Part shown: positions 9,829 through 19,457 of the stretch, piece by piece
How the letters are laid out: each line of letters opens with the position of its first letter
How positions within the stretch are numbered: the stretch's first letter is position 1
Assembly: GCA_965205945.1 (NCBI GenBank)
Contig: CBDBIB010000003.1
Location: 384,394 to 448,393 of the forward strand
Length of the DNA: 64,000 nt
From: Bdellovibrionales bacterium
GTDB lineage: Bacteria > Bdellovibrionota > Bdellovibrionia > Bdellovibrionales > UBA1609
Direction of reading: 5' to 3'
Position numbers and translations under genes: made by a program
The notes under the pieces: generated by a model
What the model was told of the DNA's origin: nothing
Database searches by the model: none
The model's input: only the letters and a program-made list of their open reading frames with translations

Positions 9829-11547
9829 ATGAAAAGGCTTGTAGGTGTTGTAATCTTATTTCTTTCTTGGGGTTGTAGCGAATCAGAATTTTCATCTGTA
9901 AGTTGTGGGGATTTAAATCATTGTAAAACGGTTGTCGAAAACAGCTTGGCATCTTGGTATACTGGAGATTGGTCCCGCTGTAGTCTTGCTTGTGGAAATG
10001 GTCAAACAACTAGGTCCGTACAATGTAAAAGCGTTAGAAACGTTGTAGTTCCAGATTCAGAGTGTTTAAGTACAAAACCTCCTTTAAGTACCTCTTGTAA
10101 TAGTGAGCCTTGTGTAGGTGATTACAGCTGGAATATTGGCCCTTATAAAGCCTGCTCTCAGACTTGTGGCGGGGGGACTAAGTCTAGAGATGTTACATGC
10201 CAATCTAGAAGCGGTGTTTTTGTGGCTGACAGCTTTTGTTCGGAAATAAAGCCTATTATAAGTGCATCATGTAATTTAAACACTTGCCTGGAGGATACTT
10301 TTAACTGGGTTCCTGGCTCGTGGGAAACCTGCTCTCAAACTTGTGGTGGTGGGACTTATTCACGCTCTGTTACCTGTCGCAATGGTTTAAACATTATTGT
10401 TGATGAAAGCTTTTGTACAGAAACAAAATCTAAATTAAAGGGTTCATGTAACACTCACTCATGCTCTTATAACTACGCTTGGGTTGAAGGAAACTGGGGA
10501 GCCTGTTCTCAAACATGTGGCGGTGGAACACAATCTAGATCTCAAGGGTGTAGAAGAAATGACGAAGTTTATGTCCAGCATGCTCTATGTACTTCTCCTG
10601 CGCCACCAACATCACAAGCATGTAATACACAAGTTTGCTCTCCCTCGACTTGTACCACTCATCAAATTTCTAAAACTACTTCTGCTAGCGAAAATCAATT
10701 AGATATTTTACTTGTAATAGATGATTCTGGGTCCATGTACCAGGATAATATAAGGCTTGCTGCTAAACTTGGTGGTTTTGTTAATAACTTAAGCTCTTCA
10801 AATATTGATTGGCAGATGTGTATTACAAGCACTAGTGTGGATTATTTTCAAGGTCGACCTGTTCAGTGGCGAGGTGCTAACTCTGGTCATATTTTAACAA
10901 GAAACTCAGGAAATCTTTCAGGTATTTTAACAGAGACTGTAAAATGGATCGGGGCAGGATTTAGTTCCGATGAGCAAGCAATTAAAGCTGTAAATCTTTC
11001 ATTAAGAGACAATACAGATTCACACTGTTATAGAGAGGATGCTGGACTTGCCATCATCATTATCTCTGATGAGGATGAAAGAAGTGTTGGAGGGGTTCGT
11101 GCTTTAAACCCTGGTCAATATAAACCTCTTACAGCTGATAACCAGCCTTCTTCAGTAATGAGGACTATAAATACAGTCTTTGGAATTGGAAAAAGAGTGA
11201 GCGTTCATCCTATTATAGTAAAAGATGTTGAGTGTAAAGAAATACAAGATGCTCAAGGAGAGGTGTCTTTTTATGGCACTAAATACAAACAACTTTATAG
11301 CCATATCGGTGGAAGTTTACATAGTATTTGTGAGCCTGATTTTTCTATAACACTAGCTAATTCTCACACTACAATTATATCTTCTTTAGCGGCTTTAGAA
11401 TTAAGCTGCACGCCTAATGCAGCACCCATAGTGCATGTAAATGGAGTCTCTTATGCACCTTATATTACTATTGTTGGTGATGAAATTACCTTTAATCCTG
11501 TAGTTAGTGGATCAGCTACAATAACCGGCTCTTACTGCTGTGAATAA
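9829..11547 (+). CDS. Lipoprotein with 4 thrombospondin type-1 (ADAMTS-type) repeats and a C-terminal vWA domain
   Basis: Lipobox LSWGC. Four W..G.W..CS..CG.G...R...C repeats with 6 Cys each. LDILLVIDDSGSM MIDAS (DxSxS), IIISDEDE. Confidence 0.85.
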   Translation: MKRLVGVVILFLSWGCSESEFSSVSCGDLNHCKTVVENSLASWYTGDWSRCSLACGNGQTTRSVQCKSVRNVVVPDSECLSTKPPLSTSCNSEPCVGDYSWNIGPYKACSQTCGGGTKSRDVTCQSRSGVFVADSFCSEIKPIISASCNLNTCLEDTFNWVPGSWETCSQTCGGGTYSRSVTCRNGLNIIVDESFCTETKSKLKGSCNTHSCSYNYAWVEGNWGACSQTCGGGTQSRSQGCRRNDEVYVQHALCTSPAPPTSQACNTQVCSPSTCTTHQISKTTSASENQLDILLVIDDSGSMYQDNIRLAAKLGGFVNNLSSSNIDWQMCITSTSVDYFQGRPVQWRGANSGHILTRNSGNLSGILTETVKWIGAGFSSDEQAIKAVNLSLRDNTDSHCYREDAGLAIIIISDEDERSVGGVRALNPGQYKPLTADNQPSSVMRTINTVFGIGKRVSVHPIIVKDVECKEIQDAQGEVSFYGTKYKQLYSHIGGSLHSICEPDFSITLANSHTTIISSLAALELSCTPNAAPIVHVNGVSYAPYITIVGDEITFNPVVSGSATITGSYCCE

Positions 11548-11562
11548 GAGAGAAAAAATAAT

Positions 11563-12006
11563 ATGAATAACACTCAAACAAGAAATATAAAGATCGTATC
11601 CTTCTTTGTTTTAACACTTTGTTTTTGCTCGCTTATGGTTTTTTTAAATCAACAAAATCAAATTTCAATAATACAGATAAAAGCACTTAATAGAGCACAA
11701 ATCTACGTAAATAGGATGGTTGAATCTGGGTTTATGGTTAAATCTTCTAAGCCTAGAATATCTAGGGGCTTAGCATCTATAACTTATGAACAAGAATTTT
11801 TAGCAGGGTTTGTTGGTTTAGACCCTTGGGGGCACCCGTTTAACTTCTTAGTAAAAAAAGACCCTATAAATAAGGATACAGGAATTATTATTGTTTGGTC
11901 CTTAGGAGCTAATAATAAATTAGAAACATCAAAGGATATGGTTTTTAAAGATCATGAATCATTTAAGGGTGATGATTTTGGAAAAGCCTATCTGTTTAAA
12001 TTTTAG
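11563..12006 (+). CDS. GspG-like pseudopilin-domain membrane protein
   Basis: N-terminal TM helix and DPWGHPF...IVWSLGAN.....GDD motif of the T2SS GspG C-terminal domain. No clear prepilin GFTLxE site. Confidence 0.6.
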   Translation: MNNTQTRNIKIVSFFVLTLCFCSLMVFLNQQNQISIIQIKALNRAQIYVNRMVESGFMVKSSKPRISRGLASITYEQEFLAGFVGLDPWGHPFNFLVKKDPINKDTGIIIVWSLGANNKLETSKDMVFKDHESFKGDDFGKAYLFKF

Positions 12007-12201
12007 TTTAAAAAACTTTAGCTTTTTTAAAAAGAGATTTAAATAACAGTTTTATTTAATCTAAGTTCGAACTTTTTAAGTTTATGCTAGAAGTCTTTAC
12101 ATTTAAATCATACTAATTTTATAAAATAATTTCTTAAATTAAATTTTTTTTAAAATAAAAGGACATCATAAAATTTTATAGTTTCTTATACAGATTATTT
12201 T

Positions 12202-13989
12202 TTATTTATTTGCATGAAGCTTTCTTCTTCTAAGTCTAATAGACTTAGGGGTTAGCTCTACAAGCTCATCATCAACAATCCATTCTAAGGCTTGCTCTAA
12301 AGTCATTTTTCTAACCCTTGTAAGTTTGACAGCCTCATCGCTACCTGATGCTCGAACATTTGTTAGTTTCTTTTCTCTGCATACGTTTACGTTAAGCTCT
12401 CCACCTTTATTGTACTCACCAATTATCATACCTTCATAAACTTTGACTCCAGATTCAATAAACATTGATCCACGATCTTCAAGATTAAATAAAGAGTATG
12501 ATGTTGCTTTTCCTTTTCTATCAGAAACTATTCTTCCAGCCTGTCTTTTTTTGATTTCACCCTTAAACGGTGCATAGTTTTTAAATTCAGTGCTTAAAAG
12601 TCCTGTGCCACGAGTATCTGTTAAAAACTGACCTCCATACCCGATAAGACCTCTAGAGGGGATTTCAAATTGAAGCTGACTTCTACCAGACTCCCTGTTA
12701 ATCATTCCTGTTATGATGCCTTTACGCTCTTGCAATTTTTGAGTTACAATCCCTGTGTAATTAGTTTGAACATCAATATAAACTGTTTCAATAGGTTCAC
12801 ATTTTTCATCATCAATGGCCATCATTAGAACTTGAGGTTGACTAATCATGAACTCAAAACCTTCTCTTCTAAAAGTTTCCATAATAACTGCAAGTTGTAA
12901 TTCTCCACGGCCAATTAACTGAAAAGTATCTGCTTTACTAGTCAACAAAAGTCTGATGGAAACGTTTTTAAGACACTCTGTTTTAAGACGCTCTAAAATC
13001 TTACGACTTGTAACCTCTTTGCCTTCAAGCCCTGCAAAAGGGCCATCATTAACTGATACAAAAAGTCCAACTGTCGGTTCATCAACTTTAATTCGTTTAA
13101 TTGGAGTATCTACCGTTGTTGAGGCTAAGGTGTCTCCAATTTCAATACTGTTAAAACCTGAAATAATCGCAATATCTCCAGCATATAAATGTTTAACATT
13201 CATTGTTTTATTACCAACAAAGGTTGAAAGTGCGCTTACTCTAAACTGAACTATTTTGTCATTTTCCTGAAATTTTTTAATTGAATCTCCAACTTTAATA
13301 AAACCACTTAAAACACGACCCACAGCAAGTCTTCCAACAAAGTGACTGTATTGAATATCAGAAGTAAGCATTGAAAAATCACCTTCTTTTATTTTAGGTG
13401 GCGGAATTTCGGAGATGATAAGATCAAATATGCATGTAATATTATCTGTAGAACTAACCTCTTCAAATTTTTGAGAAGCTTTACCTTCTTTTGCAATAGC
13501 GTAAACAACTTTAAAATCAAGCTGCTCTCCACTTGTTGCAAGCTCCATAAAAAGTTCTTCAATTTCTAATAAGACCTCTTTTTCACGGGCGTCTTTACGA
13601 TCCACTTTATTAAGGATAACAATAATTTTTTTGTCTTGTTCTAATGCTTTTTTTAAAACAAATCTTGTTTGTGGAAGTGGACCTTCTGCAGCATCTACTA
13701 AAAGTAAAGCGCCATCAACCATATTTAAAACACGCTCAACTTCACCACCAAAATCCCCATGGCCTGGAGTGTCTACGATATTAACTTTTACATCCTTATA
13801 TTCAAAAGAAGCATTCTTTGCAGCAATTGTAATTCCACGTTCTTTTTCAATATCCATTGAATCCATCAAACGCTCTTGTTGTTTTTTATGATCTTTAAAG
13901 ATACCAGATTGTCCTAAGAGTTTATCTACAAGAGTAGTTTTTCCATGATCAACATGTGCAATAACAGCAATATTTCGATATTCTTTCAT
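12202..13989 (-). CDS. typA: Translational GTPase TypA/BipA
   Basis: RNIAVIAHVDHGKTTLVD, ERGITI, DTPGHGDFGGEVER, GRGELQL, KKLTNVRASG. Confidence 0.97.
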   Translation of the reverse strand: MKEYRNIAVIAHVDHGKTTLVDKLLGQSGIFKDHKKQQERLMDSMDIEKERGITIAAKNASFEYKDVKVNIVDTPGHGDFGGEVERVLNMVDGALLLVDAAEGPLPQTRFVLKKALEQDKKIIVILNKVDRKDAREKEVLLEIEELFMELATSGEQLDFKVVYAIAKEGKASQKFEEVSSTDNITCIFDLIISEIPPPKIKEGDFSMLTSDIQYSHFVGRLAVGRVLSGFIKVGDSIKKFQENDKIVQFRVSALSTFVGNKTMNVKHLYAGDIAIISGFNSIEIGDTLASTTVDTPIKRIKVDEPTVGLFVSVNDGPFAGLEGKEVTSRKILERLKTECLKNVSIRLLLTSKADTFQLIGRGELQLAVIMETFRREGFEFMISQPQVLMMAIDDEKCEPIETVYIDVQTNYTGIVTQKLQERKGIITGMINRESGRSQLQFEIPSRGLIGYGGQFLTDTRGTGLLSTEFKNYAPFKGEIKKRQAGRIVSDRKGKATSYSLFNLEDRGSMFIESGVKVYEGMIIGEYNKGGELNVNVCREKKLTNVRASGSDEAVKLTRVRKMTLEQALEWIVDDELVELTPKSIRLRRRKLHANK

Positions 13990-14125
13990 AAAATCCGTTT
14001 CTTCTTTATTTTTAATTCTCTTTTTATATTTAAAAAAACAGTACTATTTTTTAAACTTTAAAGAGAGTAAAAAAAGAACTCTTTTAAAATACTCTTGTTC
14101 TTATAAATTTAATACATTATTTTGT

Positions 14126-14767
14126 TTAGTTACGTTTTTTAAAAGCTTCTTCATCAATACTAATTTCTAGTTCAACTCTTCTATTTAAGGAACGCCCTTG
14201 AATAGTTGCATTTGAGGCTATGGGTTGTATTTCACCCATTCCTTTAACTTGAAGTGCTTGAGAGGGAACTCCATTTTTTAAAAGCCTGCTAAATACAGCT
14301 TGAGCTCTTTTTCTAGAAAGATTTGCATTAAACTCATCAGAACCTTGAGAGTCCGTGTGACCTACAACTTTAACTCTATCTTCCGGGTACTTCACTAGTA
14401 TTTGAGCTATTTGGTCTATTTTTAATGTAGCATTTGCTTTTAATTCAGCTCTGCCAGAATCAAATAAAATATCTCCTTTTAATTTTGTAATGATACCCTT
14501 TTCAGTTCTCTTTGTTTCAGCAATTTGAGCTAATTCCTTAGCTTGCTTATCTAAGTGATAACCAATACCACCACCAAGTAATCCTCCAAAGGTAGCTCCC
14601 ACTAAAGCGCCTTTATGTTTATTTCCACTCTGATGACCAATAATTGCTCCTAAACCAGCGCCAATTGCAGCACCAGCACCAGCTCCAATGGTTGTTCTCT
14701 TATCAGGACCTGATTGACACCCTACTAATATTAAAATTGCTATTAAAATGATTCCCATTTTTTTCAT
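14126..14767 (-). CDS. OmpA-family lipoprotein with glycine zipper (YiaD-like)
   Basis: Lipobox LVGC, GA-rich zipper, GHTD..G....N..LS..RA, NRRVE. Confidence 0.92.
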   Translation of the reverse strand: MKKMGIILIAILILVGCQSGPDKRTTIGAGAGAAIGAGLGAIIGHQSGNKHKGALVGATFGGLLGGGIGYHLDKQAKELAQIAETKRTEKGIITKLKGDILFDSGRAELKANATLKIDQIAQILVKYPEDRVKVVGHTDSQGSDEFNANLSRKRAQAVFSRLLKNGVPSQALQVKGMGEIQPIASNATIQGRSLNRRVELEISIDEEAFKKRN

Positions 14768-14841
14768 ATTTTCTCCATATTAGGTTATATAAATTACTAA
14801 GTAACTTACAAAATTTAAGTTTTAAAATCTATCATTAATTA

Positions 14842-14956
14842 ACGCGAATTCGCACTTTTTCAGGACTTAAGTTTTGAATAAACAAAAGATTACCTCTTAA
14901 GTTTTTTGTAAAATTTAATTGTTTTAAATTAATCGGTAAAGGAGCAGGAAATGATC
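14842..14956 (+). mobile_element. IS982-family left-end remnant (IR to transposase start)
   Basis: acgcgaattcgcactttttcaggacttaagt...aaaggagcaggaaatgatc aligns with the left end of the IS982 copy at 28209 (acccgagttcgaacttttttcaggacctaagt...aaaggagccgggaatgatc). Confidence 0.8.
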
Positions 14957-14997
14957 TAAGATCTTTCCTTTTTCAATTTTACAAGGTGTCGCATATA

Positions 14998-15695
14998 GAG
15001 GCTGTCGCCGAAGTTAGTAAAAGGTAGAAAAACGTAGAAGAGTTTTATAATATGAAGAGATGTTAAAAAAGAAGATAACCAATAGACGTTTTATGATGAT
15101 TTGTTAGAGAGACTTGTTTTAAAATCTCACGTATACTTAAATCCCAGGCCTTTTTAAACCTTCTTCTAGCATGCATCATACACCCAAGCCTTAGAGTTAA
15201 ATCTTTTTTCTTGCACGGCGCTCATCCATATGAGGAGAATGGTGTTTTTAGATAAGGGCTACGACAGTGATGCCGTGGATGAACAGATCAAAACTAAGGG
15301 TTGTGCTAATGGAACAATTAGAAGGAGAAATCGAAAGTTTAAAAATAGAGATTTAGACCATTGGAGATCTTTAGTTCGTATGCCATTTAAAAGCACTTTT
15401 TCAAAAGTAAATAGGCATTGCCGTTACAGAGGTATTGAAAAAGTAGAGTTCCAGGCTTTGATGGAGGCTGCAGTTTAAAACTTAAAATGGGTCATCAGGA
15501 TAGGTTTGTCTAATTTAAGTTTTTAGAGGAAGTTTATAAAAAAAGAGTCTTCAAAACCCGGTTTTGAGAGCCTGTAAATTAAATTGTAAATATAGCGTTT
15601 GAAAAAAGCTGTGTTGAATGTCTACTAAGACTGTTCGATTTTAAGTCCGCTTAAGCTGCGTTGGAAAAATTTGTACTCGCTTTTGTGACAGTCTC
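14998..15695 (+). mobile_element. Internally deleted IS5/IS1182-like insertion sequence
   Basis: Imperfect terminal IRs GAGGCTGTCGC / GAGACTGTCAC (reverse complement), flanking direct repeat ATATA, transposase relics MLKKEDNQ*TFYDDLLERLV (15060) and DKGYDSD...RYRG.EKVEFQ (15230-15478). Confidence 0.78.
15568..15593 (+). repeat. Dispersed ~26-bp repeat, copy 1 (IS256-like terminal IR)
   Basis: gagcctgtaaattaaattgtaaatat; related copies at 17701, 17886 and 38569. Confidence 0.6.
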
Positions 15696-15814
15696 ATATA
15701 GGATCTAGATTTTAAACCAAGTCAAACCTTAATAAAACGCTATACAACTTCTTAGTGTCGTAATGATGAGCTAATTTGGTCTCACAATAATACAATTTAA
15801 AGTTTAAAATTTAT

Positions 15815-15842
15815 AAAAGTTTTCGGTAAATTATGCCGAAAG
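15815..15842 (+). promoter_or_regulatory. Putative sigma28-type promoter ending 7 nt before the ATG
   Basis: AAAAGTTT-N12-GCCGAAAG-N7-ATG (15850), no SD. Confidence 0.5.
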
Positions 15843-15849
15843 GCTGGGT

Positions 15850-17607
15850 ATGAGTAAGGTTATACAATGCTTATTTATAATAGGTTTAGTTGGTTGCAAC
15901 CAGGAAAGTAACGTAGAGTTTTCTTCTATTAATAACATGTTAATTTTAAAAGGGAATATGACTCTTGACTTTGGTGAAGTTATTATTGGAGAGAGTAAAA
16001 GTCTTGATTACGAAATAAGAAACCTTACAAATCTAAGTGTTGAACCTGGAAGCTTTAAACTTATGCCTGTTAAAATGCTTAACACTCAAAACTCCTCCCC
16101 TTTTAAATTAGAATTAGGTACTTGCACAGAGATCTTAAAAAAACTTAATAAGTGTTCTGTAAAGATAACCTATACACCTGAAAAAAAGGAGATCATTAAT
16201 ACTCGTTTAAAAATATTTTATAAATATAGCTCTGTTTTAAATTCAAACATTCTTATTGAGAATGTGCATTCTAAAGGAATTGCCCCTTTTACAGCTAAAT
16301 TTAGTATTTATGGTAGTGATTTGAATTTAAATCTTAGGTTAAATTCTTCTTATACATATAACTTTATGGTTCATTGGGGGGATGGAACCTCGGGAGTTGT
16401 TACTTCATCAAGTGATTTAGATAAAAATCATACTTATTCATCTTCAGGGACTTATATAGTTAAAATCACTGGGCGCTGCCCATATCTTAACTTTCGTGAT
16501 AGCGAGCAAATAATTGAGGTTACAGAATTAGGAGACACAGGGTGGGAAAGTTTTAGTCATATGTTTAATAATGCAGATAACTTAACTCTTGTTAATGGTG
16601 GCTCAACTAGACATGTTACTAATATGAGCTCTATGTTTTTAAATGCAGCTTTAGCTAACCCTGACACCTCTGACTGGGACACTTCTAAGGTTACTGATAT
16701 GAGGTCTATGTTTTATAGTGCAGCTTTAGCTAACCCTGACACCTCTAACTGGGACACTTCTAATGTTACTTATATGAACTGGATGTTTTCTAATACAGCT
16801 TTAGCTAACCCTGACACCTCTAACTGGGACACTTCTAAGGTTACTGATATGAGATGGATGTTTTCTAATACAGCTTTAGCTAACCCTGACACCTCTAACT
16901 GGGACACTTCTAAGGTTACTAGTATGAACTGGATGTTTTATAATGCAGCTTTAGCTAACCCTGACACCTCTAACTGGGACACTTCTAATGTTACTTATAT
17001 GAGCCATATGTTTTTTAATGCAGATTTAGCTAACCCTGACACCTCTAACTGGGACACTTCTAAGGTTACTGATATGAACTCTATGTTTTCTAGTACAGCT
17101 TTAGCTAACCCTGACACCTCTAACTGGGACACTTCTAAGGTTACTGATATGAACTCTATGTTTTCTAGTGCAGATTTAGCTAACCCTGACACCTCTGACT
17201 GGGACACTTCTAAGGTTACTGATATGAGGTCTATGTTTAATAATGCAGCTTTAGCTAACCCTGACACCTCTGACTGGGACACTTCTAAGGTTACTGATAT
17301 GAGGTCTATGTTTAATAATGCAGCTTTAGCTAACCCTGACACCTCTAACTGGGACACTTCTAAGGTTACTGATATGAGGTCTATGTTTAATAATGCAGCT
17401 TTAGCTAACCCTGACACCTCTAACTGGGATACTTCTAAGGTTACTGATATGAGCTGGATGTTTTCTAGTGCAGCTTCTTTTGATCAAGACATCAGTTCAT
17501 GGAATGTTTCTAACGTTGTCGAGTGCAACAGTTTTTCATACCAAACTTTAACTTCTTGGACTCTTGCTGAAAAACCTAATTTTACACGTTGTAGCCCTGA
17601 TTATTAA
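15850..17607 (+). CDS. BspA-family (DUF285 leucine-rich repeat) surface lipoprotein with Ig-like and PKD-like domains
   Basis: Lipobox LVGC, LDFGEV...C.V.ITYTP Ig-like domain, VHWGDG...HTYSSSGTYIVKITG PKD-like domain, WDTSKVTDM..MF repeats. Confidence 0.9.
   Translation: MSKVIQCLFIIGLVGCNQESNVEFSSINNMLILKGNMTLDFGEVIIGESKSLDYEIRNLTNLSVEPGSFKLMPVKMLNTQNSSPFKLELGTCTEILKKLNKCSVKITYTPEKKEIINTRLKIFYKYSSVLNSNILIENVHSKGIAPFTAKFSIYGSDLNLNLRLNSSYTYNFMVHWGDGTSGVVTSSSDLDKNHTYSSSGTYIVKITGRCPYLNFRDSEQIIEVTELGDTGWESFSHMFNNADNLTLVNGGSTRHVTNMSSMFLNAALANPDTSDWDTSKVTDMRSMFYSAALANPDTSNWDTSNVTYMNWMFSNTALANPDTSNWDTSKVTDMRWMFSNTALANPDTSNWDTSKVTSMNWMFYNAALANPDTSNWDTSNVTYMSHMFFNADLANPDTSNWDTSKVTDMNSMFSSTALANPDTSNWDTSKVTDMNSMFSSADLANPDTSDWDTSKVTDMRSMFNNAALANPDTSDWDTSKVTDMRSMFNNAALANPDTSNWDTSKVTDMRSMFNNAALANPDTSNWDTSKVTDMSWMFSSAASFDQDISSWNVSNVVECNSFSYQTLTSWTLAEKPNFTRCSPDY
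16645..17469 (+). repeat. Coding tandem repeat, 11 x 75 bp (25 aa)
   Basis: First unit gcagctttagctaaccctgacacctctgactgggacacttctaaggttactgatatgaggtctatgttttatagt, repeated 11 times head to tail. Confidence 0.97.
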
Positions 17608-17700
17608 TTTATTTTTTTTTGATGAATAGAAGCTGCCAAATTCGAATTTTTTTAATTTCTTGTAAAAAATGACTATTCCAGGTTTTAATAGGATTTTATG

Positions 17701-17727
17701 GAGACCTGTAAAACAAATTGTATGACT
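17701..17727 (+). repeat. Dispersed ~26-bp repeat, copy 2 (degenerate)
   Basis: gagacctgtaaaacaaattgtatgact. Confidence 0.45.
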
Positions 17728-17885
17728 ACTTAACAATAAACTAGGATTAAGCATCTTTAGTATGTTTATTTTAGAATGGGTAGGAAGTTTTTCTTAAACC
17801 TTTAATCTTAGGTTAAACACTCATGTGCAACAACGCTGATTTGAGTTATAAACAAGCCAAAATTTCTTAGAAAGATTTTTATTCT

Positions 17886-17912
17886 AAGCCTTGTAAATTA
17901 AATTGTGTAACT
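17886..17912 (+). repeat. Dispersed ~26-bp repeat, copy 3
   Basis: aagccttgtaaattaaattgtgtaact, 5 nt from the clpB pseudogene stop. Confidence 0.62.
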
Positions 17913-17917
17913 ACAAT

Positions 17918-19265
17918 TTACTGTAAAATCGATTCCACCTTAAAAGTTAGCTTTTCTTTTAAAGCACCAACTTTTACGACCGCACCTTCTTTCACCTCCT
18001 CATTAAGAACCATAAATGCCAATGGATTTACAACAAATTTTTCAATTGTTCTTTTTAAAGGTCTTGCTCCAAATTCTGGATTGTAACCTTTTTCAAAAAT
18101 AAACTTTTTAGCCCCATCACTTAAACAAATTTTAATTCCTCTACTCATTATACGATCTTGAACCTCTAATACTAAAAGATCTACAATCTTTATTAAACAT
18201 TCATCGTTTAAAGCTTTGTACTCTAAAACCTCATCAATTCTATTTAAAAACTCTGGCTTAAAATGTGTTTTTAAATTGTTGTTTTTTAAATTTGATGTCA
18301 TTACCACTAAGGTGTTCTTAAAATCCACAATCTTTCCTTGACCATCAGTAAGTCTCCCTTCATCAAAGGCTTGAAGAAGCACATTAAAAACATCTAGATG
18401 TGCTTTTTCAATTTCATCTAACAAAATCACTGAAAACGGAGCTCTTCTAATCTTTTCAGTTAACTGTCCTCTCTCTTTATAACCAACATACCCTGGAGGA
18501 GAACCTATTAGTTTAGATATTGAGTGTTTTTCCATATATTCACTCATATCTAATCTAACAATTTTTTCTTCATCATTAAAAAGCTGTTCAGCTAAAACCT
18601 TTATAGTTTCTGTTTTTCCAACCCCCGTAGGACCTAAGGATAAGAACACTCCTAAAGGTTTATTAGGGTCTGAAAATCCCGCATTTGATCTTAATACAGC
18701 TTGAGATATACTTTTTAAGGACTTCTCCTGACCCACAACTCTTTTTTTTAAATTTTGCTCAAGCTTAGGTAAGGTTCCATATTTAAGTTCTGCAGCAATT
18801 TCTAAATCTCCAAGTTTTTTCAACCTGTTGAAGTTTTAGCCTTGCATTTTCATACTCTACCTTTAAACCCTTGTCTTTATTAAGAATAGCCCTTTCTTTT
18901 TCCCAAATCCTTACAAGTACACTTTTTCTAGAAAGTTTTTCATCTAAAAGTTTTTTTATAGAACTCACATCCATACCTTCTTCAAACTCTAAGGCCTTAA
19001 CTTTCACCTGCAACCTAATAATTTCCCTTTGAAGTTCATCGGTCTCGACAGGTACTGAATTAATTTCAATATTTAGCTGGCTTGCTGCCTCATCAATTAG
19101 ATCAATAGCTTTGTCTGGTAAAAATCTATGATTAATATACCTAGAACTCAATTCCACAGTAGCACTTAAAGCCTTATCTTTAATCCTTACGCCATGATGA
19201 AGTTCATACTTTTCTTTTAACCCTCTTAAAATTTCTAGTGCCTCTTCTTTAGTTGGTTCATCCAC
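17918..19265 (-). pseudogene. clpB: ClpB chaperone pseudogene (5'-truncated, frameshifted, internally deleted)
   Basis: EPT.EEALEILRGLKEKYELHHGV..RFLPDKAIDLIDEAAS, M-domain AAELKYG, NBD2 GPTGVGKTE, LLDEIEKAH, FGARPLKR. Frame switch at T-run 18815-18820. The WTGIP segment is missing at about 18755. Confidence 0.9.
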
Positions 19266-19373
19266 AACAGCCCATACTCTTTTATCAATCATAAGCTGCC
19301 TAAGTTCATCTGACCTATACACCTCAAATAAAGCTTCATCAGATGGGAAAAATACCAATCCAAAACTTATCAT
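19266..19373 (-). pseudogene. RmuC-like fragment fused in frame to the clpB remnant
   Basis: FGLVFFPSDEALFEVYRSDELRQLMIDKRVWAV resembles the RmuC F..MF.PSE.L...........A....V..V segment and is not ClpB sequence. Confidence 0.45.
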
Positions 19374-19457
19374 CCTTTACACCTCCATTTAGTAGTCAAG
19401 AAAGAATACTAGATAATTAATGATGCGGCATGACCGTCAGTTTCCCTTTGTAATAAC

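Noticed and set aside
16995..17417. 140-aa antisense ORF
   Set aside because: Shadow of the coding repeat on the opposite strand.
16645..17469. CRISPR array or diversity-generating retroelement
   Set aside because: Units are contiguous in-frame coding repeats with no unique spacers. No cas or reverse transcriptase gene in the window and no separate template repeat.
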